NCBI GenBank assembly: GCA_964201405.1
Contig: CAXNDW010000001.1
Coordinates: forward strand, 1 to 34,646
Length of the DNA stretch: 34,646 nt
Direction of reading: 5' to 3'
Origin: Candidatus Planktophila sp.
GTDB lineage: Bacteria; Actinomycetota; Actinomycetes; Nanopelagicales; Nanopelagicaceae
Shown: piece by piece, positions 9,078 to 17,017 of the stretch
Numbering within the stretch: position 1 is the first letter of the stretch
How the letters are laid out: each line of letters opens with the position of its first letter
Notes under the pieces: generated by a model
What the model was told of the DNA's origin: nothing
Seen by the model: the letters and a program-made list of their open reading frames with translations, nothing else
Databases searched by the model: none
Translations under genes and position numbers: made by a program

Positions 9078-10355
9078 ATGAGCGGCAATCTCTTAAACCG
9101 AGTATTTCTCGCCCGTCTTGCAGGCACCGCTGTCTTTGACCCTAATGGTGATCCTGTAGGAAAGGTGCGAGATGCTGTCGCGACCCTTCGTTCTAACAAT
9201 CAACAGCCACGAATCCTTGGCTTAGTAGTCGAAGTTCCATTGCGACGACGCGTCTTTGTTCCTATCACCCGTGTTACATCAATTGAAAGCGGTGCGGTTG
9301 TGATTACAGGATTATTGAATATGCGTCGATTTGAAACGCGACCTGGTGAAGTCTTGGTTTTGGGAGAAATGCTCGATCGCTCGATTACATTGTTGGAGAC
9401 ATCAGAAGAAATCATTGTTGAAGATATGGCAATGGAGCAAAACCGCAACGGTGATTGGTTAATCGCCAAAGTGCACATCATGCGCAAAGGCCGTGGATTA
9501 CGTCGAAAAGGCGCAACATCAACTGTTGCGTGGGAAGAGGTAATCGGATTTGCCAATACCGAGCAAAATCAAGGTGTTGCCAATCTTCTTTCAACATTAG
9601 CTCACTTGCGTGCGGCAGATCTTGCCGCCGTTCTTCAGGATCTTGCACCTAAGCGACGGATTGAAGTTGCTAGCGCACTTGATGATGAGCGCCTTGCAGA
9701 TGTTCTGGAAGAAATGGATGAGCAAAATCGAGTCGCACTTCTTGCCGAACTCGAAGGAGAACGTGCAGCAGATGTTTTGGGTGAGATGGATCCAGATGAT
9801 GCCGCTGATCTCTTACGTGAAGTTGGTGAAGAAAGAGCAAATGCACTGCTTGATCTGATGGAGCCAGAGGATGCAGAAGATGTTTTGCGTCTTATGACAT
9901 ACGAGGATTACTCAGCTGGCGGAATGATGACAACAGAGCCAATTGTTCTTACCGCCGATTCCACAGTTGCAGATGCACTTGCCGCGGTTCGTCAAAAGCA
10001 GATCTCTCCAGCTCTTGCCTCACAGATTTATATCTGCCGCCAGCCGGTTGAAACACCAACAGGTCGCTTCATCGGTGTTGTCCACTATCAGCGATTGCTG
10101 CGCGAACCGCCTTCAACTTTGCTGGGCTCTATCGTTGATACAGACACAAAGGGAACAAACCCTGATGCAACTTTGCACGAGGTTTCCTCACATTTGGCCA
10201 GCTACAACTTACTTTCTTTGCCTGTAATTGATGCCAATGAACGGTTACTTGGTGCGGTAACGGTAGATGATGTGCTTGATCACTTGCTACCTGAAAATTG
10301 GCGCCATGCTCACCGTGAAAAATCACCAGTTGCATTTGAGTCGGAAGGTATTTAA
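9078..10355 (+). CDS. MgtE intracellular-domain protein (PRC-barrel + MgtE N-domain + CBS pair, no transmembrane domain)
   Basis: Acidic MgtE_N repeats (DERLADVLEEM, MDPDDAADLL), SAGGMMTTEP and GAVTVDDVLD. Start reassigned to ATG 9078 to remove the head-to-head overlap with EamA. Confidence 0.88.
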   Translation: MSGNLLNRVFLARLAGTAVFDPNGDPVGKVRDAVATLRSNNQQPRILGLVVEVPLRRRVFVPITRVTSIESGAVVITGLLNMRRFETRPGEVLVLGEMLDRSITLLETSEEIIVEDMAMEQNRNGDWLIAKVHIMRKGRGLRRKGATSTVAWEEVIGFANTEQNQGVANLLSTLAHLRAADLAAVLQDLAPKRRIEVASALDDERLADVLEEMDEQNRVALLAELEGERAADVLGEMDPDDAADLLREVGEERANALLDLMEPEDAEDVLRLMTYEDYSAGGMMTTEPIVLTADSTVADALAAVRQKQISPALASQIYICRQPVETPTGRFIGVVHYQRLLREPPSTLLGSIVDTDTKGTNPDATLHEVSSHLASYNLLSLPVIDANERLLGAVTVDDVLDHLLPENWRHAHREKSPVAFESEGI

Positions 10356-10367
10356 GGGGGTAAGAAG

Positions 10368-10865
10368 ATGGCACGTAACTTTGGCTTAGATACGCCACGT
10401 GAAACTCGGCGATCATTGCGCCCTAACTATGATCCTGAAGCTTTCGGCCGACTATCAGAACGTTTTGCACGCTTCTTGGGCACTGCACGCTTCTTGGTGT
10501 ACATGACATTTTTTATCTCATTTTGGATTATCTGGAACTTTGCCGCACCATCTTCTTTACGGTTTGATGATTATCCATTTATCTTTCTTACTCTGATTCT
10601 CTCGATGCAGGCATCGTATGCAGCGCCTTTGATTCTCCTTGCGCAAAATCGTCAAGCAGATCGTGATCGCATTCAGCTCAATGAAGACCGTGCTCAAAAT
10701 GAAAGATCTATGGCAGATACTGAGTACTTAACCCGTGAACTTGCCGCCTTGCGAAATACATTGGGTGAGGTTGCTACACGTGATTTCATCCGAACCGAGC
10801 TTGCTGATGTTGTTGAAGAATTAGCGAAAGAGCTACGTCGAGACACCCAATCGGACGCCGACTAG
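10368..10865 (+). CDS. DUF1003 membrane protein
   Basis: FDDYPFIFLTLILSMQASYAAPLILLAQNRQ signature, two TM segments and a coiled-coil tail. Confidence 0.9.
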   Translation: MARNFGLDTPRETRRSLRPNYDPEAFGRLSERFARFLGTARFLVYMTFFISFWIIWNFAAPSSLRFDDYPFIFLTLILSMQASYAAPLILLAQNRQADRDRIQLNEDRAQNERSMADTEYLTRELAALRNTLGEVATRDFIRTELADVVEELAKELRRDTQSDAD

Positions 10866-11954
10866 GGATTTACTTCGCTTCATCAGTTTTTCTGCGATAT
10901 CAGAAATTGCAACCGCTGCAGGTGAGTTTGGATCAGCATCCACAATTGGTGCGCCTTCATCTCCACCAGTCCGTAGCGCTGGACTAAAGGGAATCTTTCC
11001 AAGAAGCGGAACCTCGATGCCTACAAGTTGTGACAATCTGCGAGAGGTTTCATCTCCACCACCCTCGCCAAAGAGTGAAATTGTTTCGCTGCAGGTAGGA
11101 CATGGGAATGCAGACATGTTTTCAATTACGCCAATAACATGTTGATGAATTTGGTGTGCAATCCGACCTGCGCGTTCTGCAACCTCAGCAGCAGCGATTT
11201 GTGGTGTTGTAACAACCACTATCTCTGAAGTTGGAATCAATTGACCTAGTGAGATTGCTAAATCGCCGGTTCCTGGTGGTAAATCGATCAATAAAACATC
11301 GAGATCTCCCCAATAGGCATCTGAGAGCAACTGCTCTAAAACTCTGTGTAGCAGTGGGCCTCTATAAGCAACGGGATCGGAGCGTTCAGGCTTAAACATC
11401 TCCATAGAAACGGTCTTAACCCCATAAGACTCAAGCGGGATAAACATCTGATCGATTGCTGTTGGCCTCTGGCCCATCAAACCCATTAAACGTGGGATTG
11501 AGTGTCCATAAACATCTGCATCAAGGATTCCAACGCTCAAACCATTCTTGGCAATAGCAACTGCAAGATTAGCTGTCACTGAGGACTTTCCTACGCCGCC
11601 TTTTCCAGATGCAATTCCAATAACACGAGTCAATGAATCAGGTTGAGCAAATGGAATGAACTTTTCGCGTCCGCCTCGCACAACCTTTTTAACAAAGTTG
11701 CGTTGCTCCTCATTCATGACGCCGAAAGTAAGATCGACTCCCTTAACACCTTCAACACTTGTAACTGCATTAGAAATATCAGTGCGCAGACGATCTTGCA
11801 TGGGGCAAGCTGCAATAGTTAGCAGGACCTTTAAGGTGACGGAGCCTTTACTTTCGGAGAGATCTTCAATCATTCCAAGCTCTGTGATGGGATGACGTAA
11901 TTCAGGATCATTAACCTGAGAAAGAGCATGTGTTACTTGATCAAGTAGGCTCAT
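10833..11954 (-). CDS. mrp: Mrp/ApbC (NBP35) Fe-S cluster carrier ATPase
   Basis: N-terminal DUF59-like DPEL..ITELG..CP, SGKGGVGKS, DADVYG, DLPPGTGD, and ENMS..CPTC. Confidence 0.95.
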   Translation of the reverse strand: MSLLDQVTHALSQVNDPELRHPITELGMIEDLSESKGSVTLKVLLTIAACPMQDRLRTDISNAVTSVEGVKGVDLTFGVMNEEQRNFVKKVVRGGREKFIPFAQPDSLTRVIGIASGKGGVGKSSVTANLAVAIAKNGLSVGILDADVYGHSIPRLMGLMGQRPTAIDQMFIPLESYGVKTVSMEMFKPERSDPVAYRGPLLHRVLEQLLSDAYWGDLDVLLIDLPPGTGDLAISLGQLIPTSEIVVVTTPQIAAAEVAERAGRIAHQIHQHVIGVIENMSAFPCPTCSETISLFGEGGGDETSRRLSQLVGIEVPLLGKIPFSPALRTGGDEGAPIVDADPNSPAAVAISDIAEKLMKRSKSLVGVRLGVST

Positions 11955-12259
11955 AGTAAATCTGGATCAATCACAGCAGTCGGTCTCTTTACCTTAGGTT
12001 TGGGAGCCTCATCTTCTAGAAGTTCAGAGATCTGCTTTTTTACAAATGTTCTAGGGTTGAGATCCTTTGGCTGCAAATCTTCAAAGCCCGGTCCTAAATT
12101 TTCACGAAGCTCTGAGGTTGCCTTGGTTGCTAATCCCCGGGCCTTCTTGACCCATTGAGCCGCTTCAACAGCAATCTTTGGTAACCGCTCTGGTCCTACG
12201 AGAATCATTCCGAGGATTGCAAGTCCGAGAATTTCACCGGCACCGATATCAAAGAACAT
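11951..12259 (-). CDS. tatB: Twin-arginine translocase subunit TatB
   Basis: MFFDIGAGE..GPERLP and DLNPRTFV. htrA-tatB-mrp synteny. Confidence 0.88.
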   Translation of the reverse strand: MFFDIGAGEILGLAILGMILVGPERLPKIAVEAAQWVKKARGLATKATSELRENLGPGFEDLQPKDLNPRTFVKKQISELLEDEAPKPKVKRPTAVIDPDLL

Positions 12260-12265
12260 AGCTTT

Positions 12266-12271
12266 AGCCTA
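12266..12271 (-). promoter_or_regulatory. Candidate -10 (TAGGCT), leaderless tatB-mrp
   Basis: 6 nt before ATG 12259; no SD. Confidence 0.55.
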
Positions 12272-12280
12272 CGCCACTTG

Positions 12281-13399
12281 TTACTTTGCCGCGATCAGTG
12301 TCAGCGAGACAGTTCTTTCACTGCCATCACGCACATAAGTGATTCGAACAAGATCGCCTACATTTCTAGATCGGACCGCAACAATTAACTCTTCTGGGCC
12401 ATTAATAGGCTTTCCATCCAGGGCGATGACAACATCTCCTCCGCGCAATCCAGCTTTTTCTGCAGGGCTACCAGGCAGGATTCCACGAGAAGTCTTTGCA
12501 ACCTGTGCTCCTTCTCCTGGGTAATTCATATCAAGAGAGATACCAATTACTGGATAGGTTGCAACACCATTCTTGATTAATTGATCAGCTGTTTTTCGGG
12601 CTTGATTTATTGGGATAGCAAAGCCAAGTCCAATTGAACCGGTGCGAAGATCAGATCCCAAAGATGCAATCGCAGAGTTGACTCCAATTACAGCACCAGT
12701 TGAATCAACTAAGGGGCCACCAGAGTTTCCGGGGTTAATCGCAGCATCTGTTTGCAGAGCGTTTATAAAGGAGCTTTCACTTGCAGAGTCTCCTGCTGTA
12801 ACCGGACGGTTCTTAGCGCTGATAATTCCCGTTGTAACCGTTCCTGATAAACCAAGTGGAGAGCCGATCGCAATTACTGAATCACCCACAGCGACTTGAT
12901 CACTATCTCCAAATTGCAACGCCTTTAATCCCGAAGCCGCAATCTTTAATACCGCCAAATCATAGGAAGCATCTCGCCCAATAACTTTCGCAGAAAACTT
13001 GCGGCCATCGTTGAGCATTACTTGGATTCTTCCGCCAGATTGTGCCGCTGAACTAATGACATGGTTGTTGGTCAAGATATATCCATCGCTATCGATGAAA
13101 AATCCAGAACCTGTTCCAGCACCTGTTAGTGATCGAGTCTGAATTGAAACTACAGAAGGCAGAACTCGCTGTGCGGTCCCTGCTACTGAATCAGGTGCGC
13201 GTTCGATTGTGCTTGTTGATGAAACAAGATTGACACGATTAAAGAGTGAAGCACCAGATGCGTTGACACCTAAAATTCCACCTACTGCACCAGCTAACAC
13301 CGCGATAAGTGCAAGGCTTCCTTTAGAACTTTTCGCTGGCGCATTTCCTTGCCACCACGGTGCAGGAACGGGTGCGATTTTCTTACGAGGAAAGATCAT
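12281..13399 (-). CDS. htrA: HtrA/DegP-family serine protease with a single PDZ domain
   Basis: TM anchor, TNNHV, DLAVL, TDAAINPGNSGGPL and a C-terminal PDZ domain. Confidence 0.93.
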   Translation of the reverse strand: MIFPRKKIAPVPAPWWQGNAPAKSSKGSLALIAVLAGAVGGILGVNASGASLFNRVNLVSSTSTIERAPDSVAGTAQRVLPSVVSIQTRSLTGAGTGSGFFIDSDGYILTNNHVISSAAQSGGRIQVMLNDGRKFSAKVIGRDASYDLAVLKIAASGLKALQFGDSDQVAVGDSVIAIGSPLGLSGTVTTGIISAKNRPVTAGDSASESSFINALQTDAAINPGNSGGPLVDSTGAVIGVNSAIASLGSDLRTGSIGLGFAIPINQARKTADQLIKNGVATYPVIGISLDMNYPGEGAQVAKTSRGILPGSPAEKAGLRGGDVVIALDGKPINGPEELIVAVRSRNVGDLVRITYVRDGSERTVSLTLIAAK

Positions 13400-13411
13400 G
13401 GTCGTAGTTTG

Positions 13412-14038
13412 CTATAACTTCGTTGCGATCAATAATCCATCGCCGACTGGGATCAAAGAACTCACCCAATGGTCTGTGTCGTTCTTAATGATTTTCCCAG
13501 CATCGCGAAGAGCAACTGTTCGGGGGTCCCGTTGAGCGGCATCACACACCTTGCCTCCGCCGTAATAGTTGTCGATGACCAAGGCTCCACCGCTACGCAG
13601 AATTCTCTGTGCCTCATTGATGATGTAGCTCAAATCCTCAGGGTTGTGGCGGATAACAACCATGTCATATGCCCGATCGGTCAGCTTTGAAATCACATCT
13701 AAGACGGAGTTAGTAATCAATCGATATCTACTTTGCGGAATATCTGCATCTGAAAATGCGAGCTTTGCGATCTGCGAATGCTCCATCTCATCATCTATTG
13801 AGGTCAAAGTCCCGCTGGGCAACATTCCATCAAACAACCAAAGACTTCCGACACCGGATCCAGTTCCTACTTCAACTACAGACTGGGCTTTCAAGGTTGA
13901 GGCTAGGTACTTGAGAAATGCTCCCGATCCGGGGGTTGTATCAACCGTTCCCAACTCGACACCGCGGGCGCGAGCTAGGGATTTAAAGTGATCTTCAGGA
14001 ATAAAGTTTTCAGCAAAGGTGTGCGGATCGACTCTCAT
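13412..14038 (-). CDS. SAM-dependent O-methyltransferase (Methyltransf_3 family)
   Basis: VVEVGTGSG motif I and PVGDGLL C-terminus. Start at ATG 14038 (ATGA overlap with pepA). Confidence 0.88.
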   Translation of the reverse strand: MRVDPHTFAENFIPEDHFKSLARARGVELGTVDTTPGSGAFLKYLASTLKAQSVVEVGTGSGVGSLWLFDGMLPSGTLTSIDDEMEHSQIAKLAFSDADIPQSRYRLITNSVLDVISKLTDRAYDMVVIRHNPEDLSYIINEAQRILRSGGALVIDNYYGGGKVCDAAQRDPRTVALRDAGKIIKNDTDHWVSSLIPVGDGLLIATKL

Positions 14039-15537
14039 GACAATGAGGTAATCCATTCAGTGAGAAGGCGTACTCCAAACCCTGTTCCACCCTTTGAATT
14101 CTCACCTGCATCAACTTCGCTACGTGCAGTTCCTGCAATATCAAGGTGAACCCAACGTCGATTTGATGTGAAGTTTTCTAAGAATAATGCTGCCGTTACC
14201 GAGCCAGCTGAAAACTTTCCTTTATCTGCGGTGTGATTGAGATCGGCGATATCACTTCGCAACGCTTCTTTGTAATCATCTACTAATGGCATATGCCAAA
14301 CTCGATCGCCCGATACTTCTCCGGCCTTTGAAAGTTGAGCCGCTAGTGCGTTGTCACGTGTGTACATCGCTGCATACTGACGACCTAATCCAAGGGTTGC
14401 AGCTCCAGTTAGTGTTGCAATATCAATTAAGTAGTCTGGATCTAGATGTGCATCTGCATATGCCAAACCATCGGCGAGAACCAAGCGACCTTCGGCATCG
14501 GTATTGATTACCTCGACCGTTGTTCCACCGTAGTGCTTAATTACATCACTTGGTCGTTGAGCTGTTGCAGAAATAGCGTTTTCAGCCATCATCATCAGCG
14601 CGGTTACTCGAACATTAGGTTGTAACTCTTCAAGTGCGGTTAGGGTTCCTAGAATTGCTGCAGAACCAGCCATATCGCTCTTCATCGCCATCATGGTGTC
14701 GTATGGACGTTTCAGAGAAACACCACCTGTATCAAAGGTGATTCCCTTGCCTACTAAAACAATGTGTGGCAAAGCCTTTGCAGACTTCTTCTTTGATTTT
14801 GGCTGATAAGAAACTTCAATCATGCGAGGACCAGGTTTTGGTGATGAACCACCAACTGCTCGCAAACCACCAAACTCTTTAAGAGCTGCTCCTGCAAGGA
14901 TTTTTACCGTCAATCCTGTGCCCTTTGCAAAATCTTCGGCCTGCTTACCCATCCATGCTGGTGTCTTAATATTTGCTGGCGTGTGAATCAAATCGCGAGT
15001 GCGGCAGATTGCTTTTGCAATTGTTGCTGCATCCTTGATGAGTTGTGAATCTTTGCTCGCAACTAAAATTGTTGGCTCTTCTTTTTTCTTATCGGTCTTG
15101 AGATTCCAAACCCACGCACCCAATGCAATTGAGATTGCATGTGGCTTAACTTCGGATACAACACATGCTGAAAAAACAGTTGTATCTTTGCCACGAACCT
15201 TGCGACCAACCGCAGCTCCCGCAGCCCTTGCAGCAGAACCGCTTTGATCACCAATTCCTACAAGAAAAATACGATCGGTTTGAGCCTCTGATGCGCTCAC
15301 AGGAATTTCAAAGAGTTCTCCTGCTTTTCCAGTTGGCGAGAAGAAAGTTAACTCATCAACAAGATTGAGCCCGAAGAACTTTTCAAGCTCTGGTGCGAGC
15401 GCGCCAACAAACTCAAAACCACCATCTGCATTCTTAATGAATCCCAAAGCGATTGAATGCGCGCTTATCGCCTTTGAGATCTCAAGGGGCGCATACTGTG
15501 GCAAAGCTGACATGATTGGTAAGGCTAGTGCCTGCAC
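14035..15537 (-). CDS. M17 leucyl aminopeptidase
   Basis: VGKGITFDTGG, MKSDMAG, NTDAEGRL, ATLTGA and HLDIAG motifs. Start uncertain. Confidence 0.94.
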   Translation of the reverse strand: MQALALPIMSALPQYAPLEISKAISAHSIALGFIKNADGGFEFVGALAPELEKFFGLNLVDELTFFSPTGKAGELFEIPVSASEAQTDRIFLVGIGDQSGSAARAAGAAVGRKVRGKDTTVFSACVVSEVKPHAISIALGAWVWNLKTDKKKEEPTILVASKDSQLIKDAATIAKAICRTRDLIHTPANIKTPAWMGKQAEDFAKGTGLTVKILAGAALKEFGGLRAVGGSSPKPGPRMIEVSYQPKSKKKSAKALPHIVLVGKGITFDTGGVSLKRPYDTMMAMKSDMAGSAAILGTLTALEELQPNVRVTALMMMAENAISATAQRPSDVIKHYGGTTVEVINTDAEGRLVLADGLAYADAHLDPDYLIDIATLTGAATLGLGRQYAAMYTRDNALAAQLSKAGEVSGDRVWHMPLVDDYKEALRSDIADLNHTADKGKFSAGSVTAALFLENFTSNRRWVHLDIAGTARSEVDAGENSKGGTGFGVRLLTEWITSLS

Positions 15538-15544
15538 CCAAAAA

Positions 15545-15724
15545 TTACTTCTTAACGAGAGCTACAGCTGCGTGAAGAGCTGCGCTGAGATTGTTTGCCT
15601 CTTCGGCGTTCATTTCGACGACTAAGCGTCCGCCACCCTCGAGAGGAATACGCATCACGAGAGAACGAGCTTCCTTTGTGACCTCCATTGGACCATCACC
15701 AGTGCGGGGTTTCATGGCTGCCAT
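15545..15724 (-). CDS. DUF3117 family small protein (59 aa)
   Basis: Below the ORF-track cutoff. Manual translation gives MAAMKPRTGDGPMEVTKEARSLVMRIPLEGGGRLVVEMNAEEANNLSAALHAAVALVKK, the conserved actinobacterial DUF3117 sequence. AGGAG SD upstream. Confidence 0.93.
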   Translation of the reverse strand: MAAMKPRTGDGPMEVTKEARSLVMRIPLEGGGRLVVEMNAEEANNLSAALHAAVALVKK

Positions 15725-15781
15725 ATGGGGACTCCTCTAAATCGTTGGTACTGCAAGGTGTAAAGCAAGGAGGAAAGTATC

Positions 15782-15804
15782 TCGCACAATGAGCATTAGT
15801 GCGA
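15782..15804. promoter_or_regulatory. Inverted repeat TCGCAC-AATG-AG-CATT-A-GTGCGA (terminator or operator)
   Basis: 10-bp interrupted stem. Lies 14 nt after the stop of ORF 15819..16013 and just upstream of a minus-strand TACTTT (15774-15779). Confidence 0.5.
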
Positions 15805-15818
15805 AATCGGGTTTGGGC

Positions 15819-16013
15819 TTATAAGCCCAGAATTGCGCTCAGTCTGGAGCTTCCTTGGCGAATAATCGCCTCAACCGAGCGCTCAGGAACGGTAAGAATG
15901 GAGGCGATATCGGAGGCGCTCATAGCCTTCACATAATGCATGGTCAAGATGATTCGCTCTTCTTCAGGCAAAGAGGCAAGAAGTTGCGCCAGTGTTTCCG
16001 GTTGCTTGCCCAT
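15819..16013 (-). CDS. Stand-alone sigma-70 region 4-like HTH microprotein (64 aa)
   Basis: LAQLLASLPEEERIILTMHYVKAMSASDIASILTVPERSVEAIIRQGSSRL follows the region-4 pattern L..LP.RER.IL.L.Y..G.S..EIA..L......V. TAAAGT lies 6 nt upstream. Confidence 0.75.
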   Translation of the reverse strand: MGKQPETLAQLLASLPEEERIILTMHYVKAMSASDIASILTVPERSVEAIIRQGSSRLSAILGL

Positions 16014-16022
16014 GCCACAACT

Positions 16023-16457
16023 TTACTTCCTTTGGTGCAATAGACGTCGTAAGGCCATTAGCGAGATGCGCACACCTACATATAAGCCCGGAGCGATAAG
16101 TAGGAAAAGCACTCGTGGTGCGAGAATCTCCTCAGACCAATCAAATCGTGTTTTTTGCGGTGTCAAGGCGGTTAACTCAAAACGTCCTGTGCCCTTGATG
16201 ATTCTTCCAGTGTGAATAACATCGCACACAGTTGGTGGATTCCATGATGTCACCGTCATGTGATCCATGATTCCAAATCTTGCGATTCCGGTAAATGCTG
16301 CGATTGATGTTCCGATGCCTTCGCGAATTTCTGAGGTTACTTCGACTTTAGTTTGAAGCATCCAATCACTTTGAGACTCCCAATCTGCAAGCGCCGCCCA
16401 TACTTTTTCAATGGGAACATCCATCACAAGACTCATTGCGATGTGATTACTTTTCAT
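16023..16457 (-). CDS. SRPBCC/START-like (polyketide cyclase) domain protein
   Basis: PIEKVWAALADWESQSDWM..T.V, V.HTGR..KGTGRF and W.E motifs. Start at ATG 16457 (ATGA overlap). Confidence 0.85.
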   Translation of the reverse strand: MKSNHIAMSLVMDVPIEKVWAALADWESQSDWMLQTKVEVTSEIREGIGTSIAAFTGIARFGIMDHMTVTSWNPPTVCDVIHTGRIIKGTGRFELTALTPQKTRFDWSEEILAPRVLFLLIAPGLYVGVRISLMALRRLLHQRK

Positions 16458-16987
16458 GCTCCACACGCCTTCAGAGCTTCATCCACTGTTGTAGTCCATT
16501 GAACAATTTCACGCATCCCCGGTTTGATGAACTTCTCATCCTCTAAGTGAATAATCAATTCATGCAATGGCGCATATATTCCGAAGGGATCTAAAATTAC
16601 TACAGGCTTTGTATGAAACTTTAAGTAATGTCCAACCCAGATTTCAAAAAACTCTTCAAGAGTTCCTGCTCCCCCGGGTAAAGTAACAAAGGCATCTGAA
16701 ATATCTGTAATCATGTGTTTTCGCTGGCCCATTGTTTCGACAACATGTAGTTCATCATTGTCATGATCGGCAAACTCAATATCAACAAGGGCCTGAGGAA
16801 TAACTCCGACCGTTCTTCCATGTGCGTCACGGGCACCTCGGGAAACCGCACCCATCATCGAAATATGGCCACCACCCGTGACTAACTCATGTGAAGTAGT
16901 GGCAATCCCCTTGCCCAATTCGTAAGCAAGATCTACATACTTACTATCGATCGTGGGTGAGGATGAGCAAAAGACGGCAATACGCAT
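16454..16987 (-). CDS. LOG family (TIGR00730) nucleotide phosphoribohydrolase
   Basis: IAVFCSSS, GGG..SMMGAV, RK..and LPGGAGTLEE motifs. Start reassigned to ATG 16987. Confidence 0.92.
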   Translation of the reverse strand: MRIAVFCSSSPTIDSKYVDLAYELGKGIATTSHELVTGGGHISMMGAVSRGARDAHGRTVGVIPQALVDIEFADHDNDELHVVETMGQRKHMITDISDAFVTLPGGAGTLEEFFEIWVGHYLKFHTKPVVILDPFGIYAPLHELIIHLEDEKFIKPGMREIVQWTTTVDEALKACGA

Positions 16988-17017
16988 GCGGCTAACAATA
17001 GAGGCTAGGCTTAGGAC
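16988..17017. promoter_or_regulatory. 30-bp divergent leaderless promoters LOG/dapD
   Basis: Plus strand TAGGCT 17006-17011 is 6 nt from ATG 17018. Minus strand TATTGT 16995-17000 is 7 nt from ATG 16987. Confidence 0.6.

Noticed and set aside
9600-9900. Repetitive GCAGAT/GATG-rich stretch considered as a DNA repeat array
   Set aside because: It is explained by the degenerate acidic helical repeats of the MgtE N-domain. There are no exact spaced repeats.
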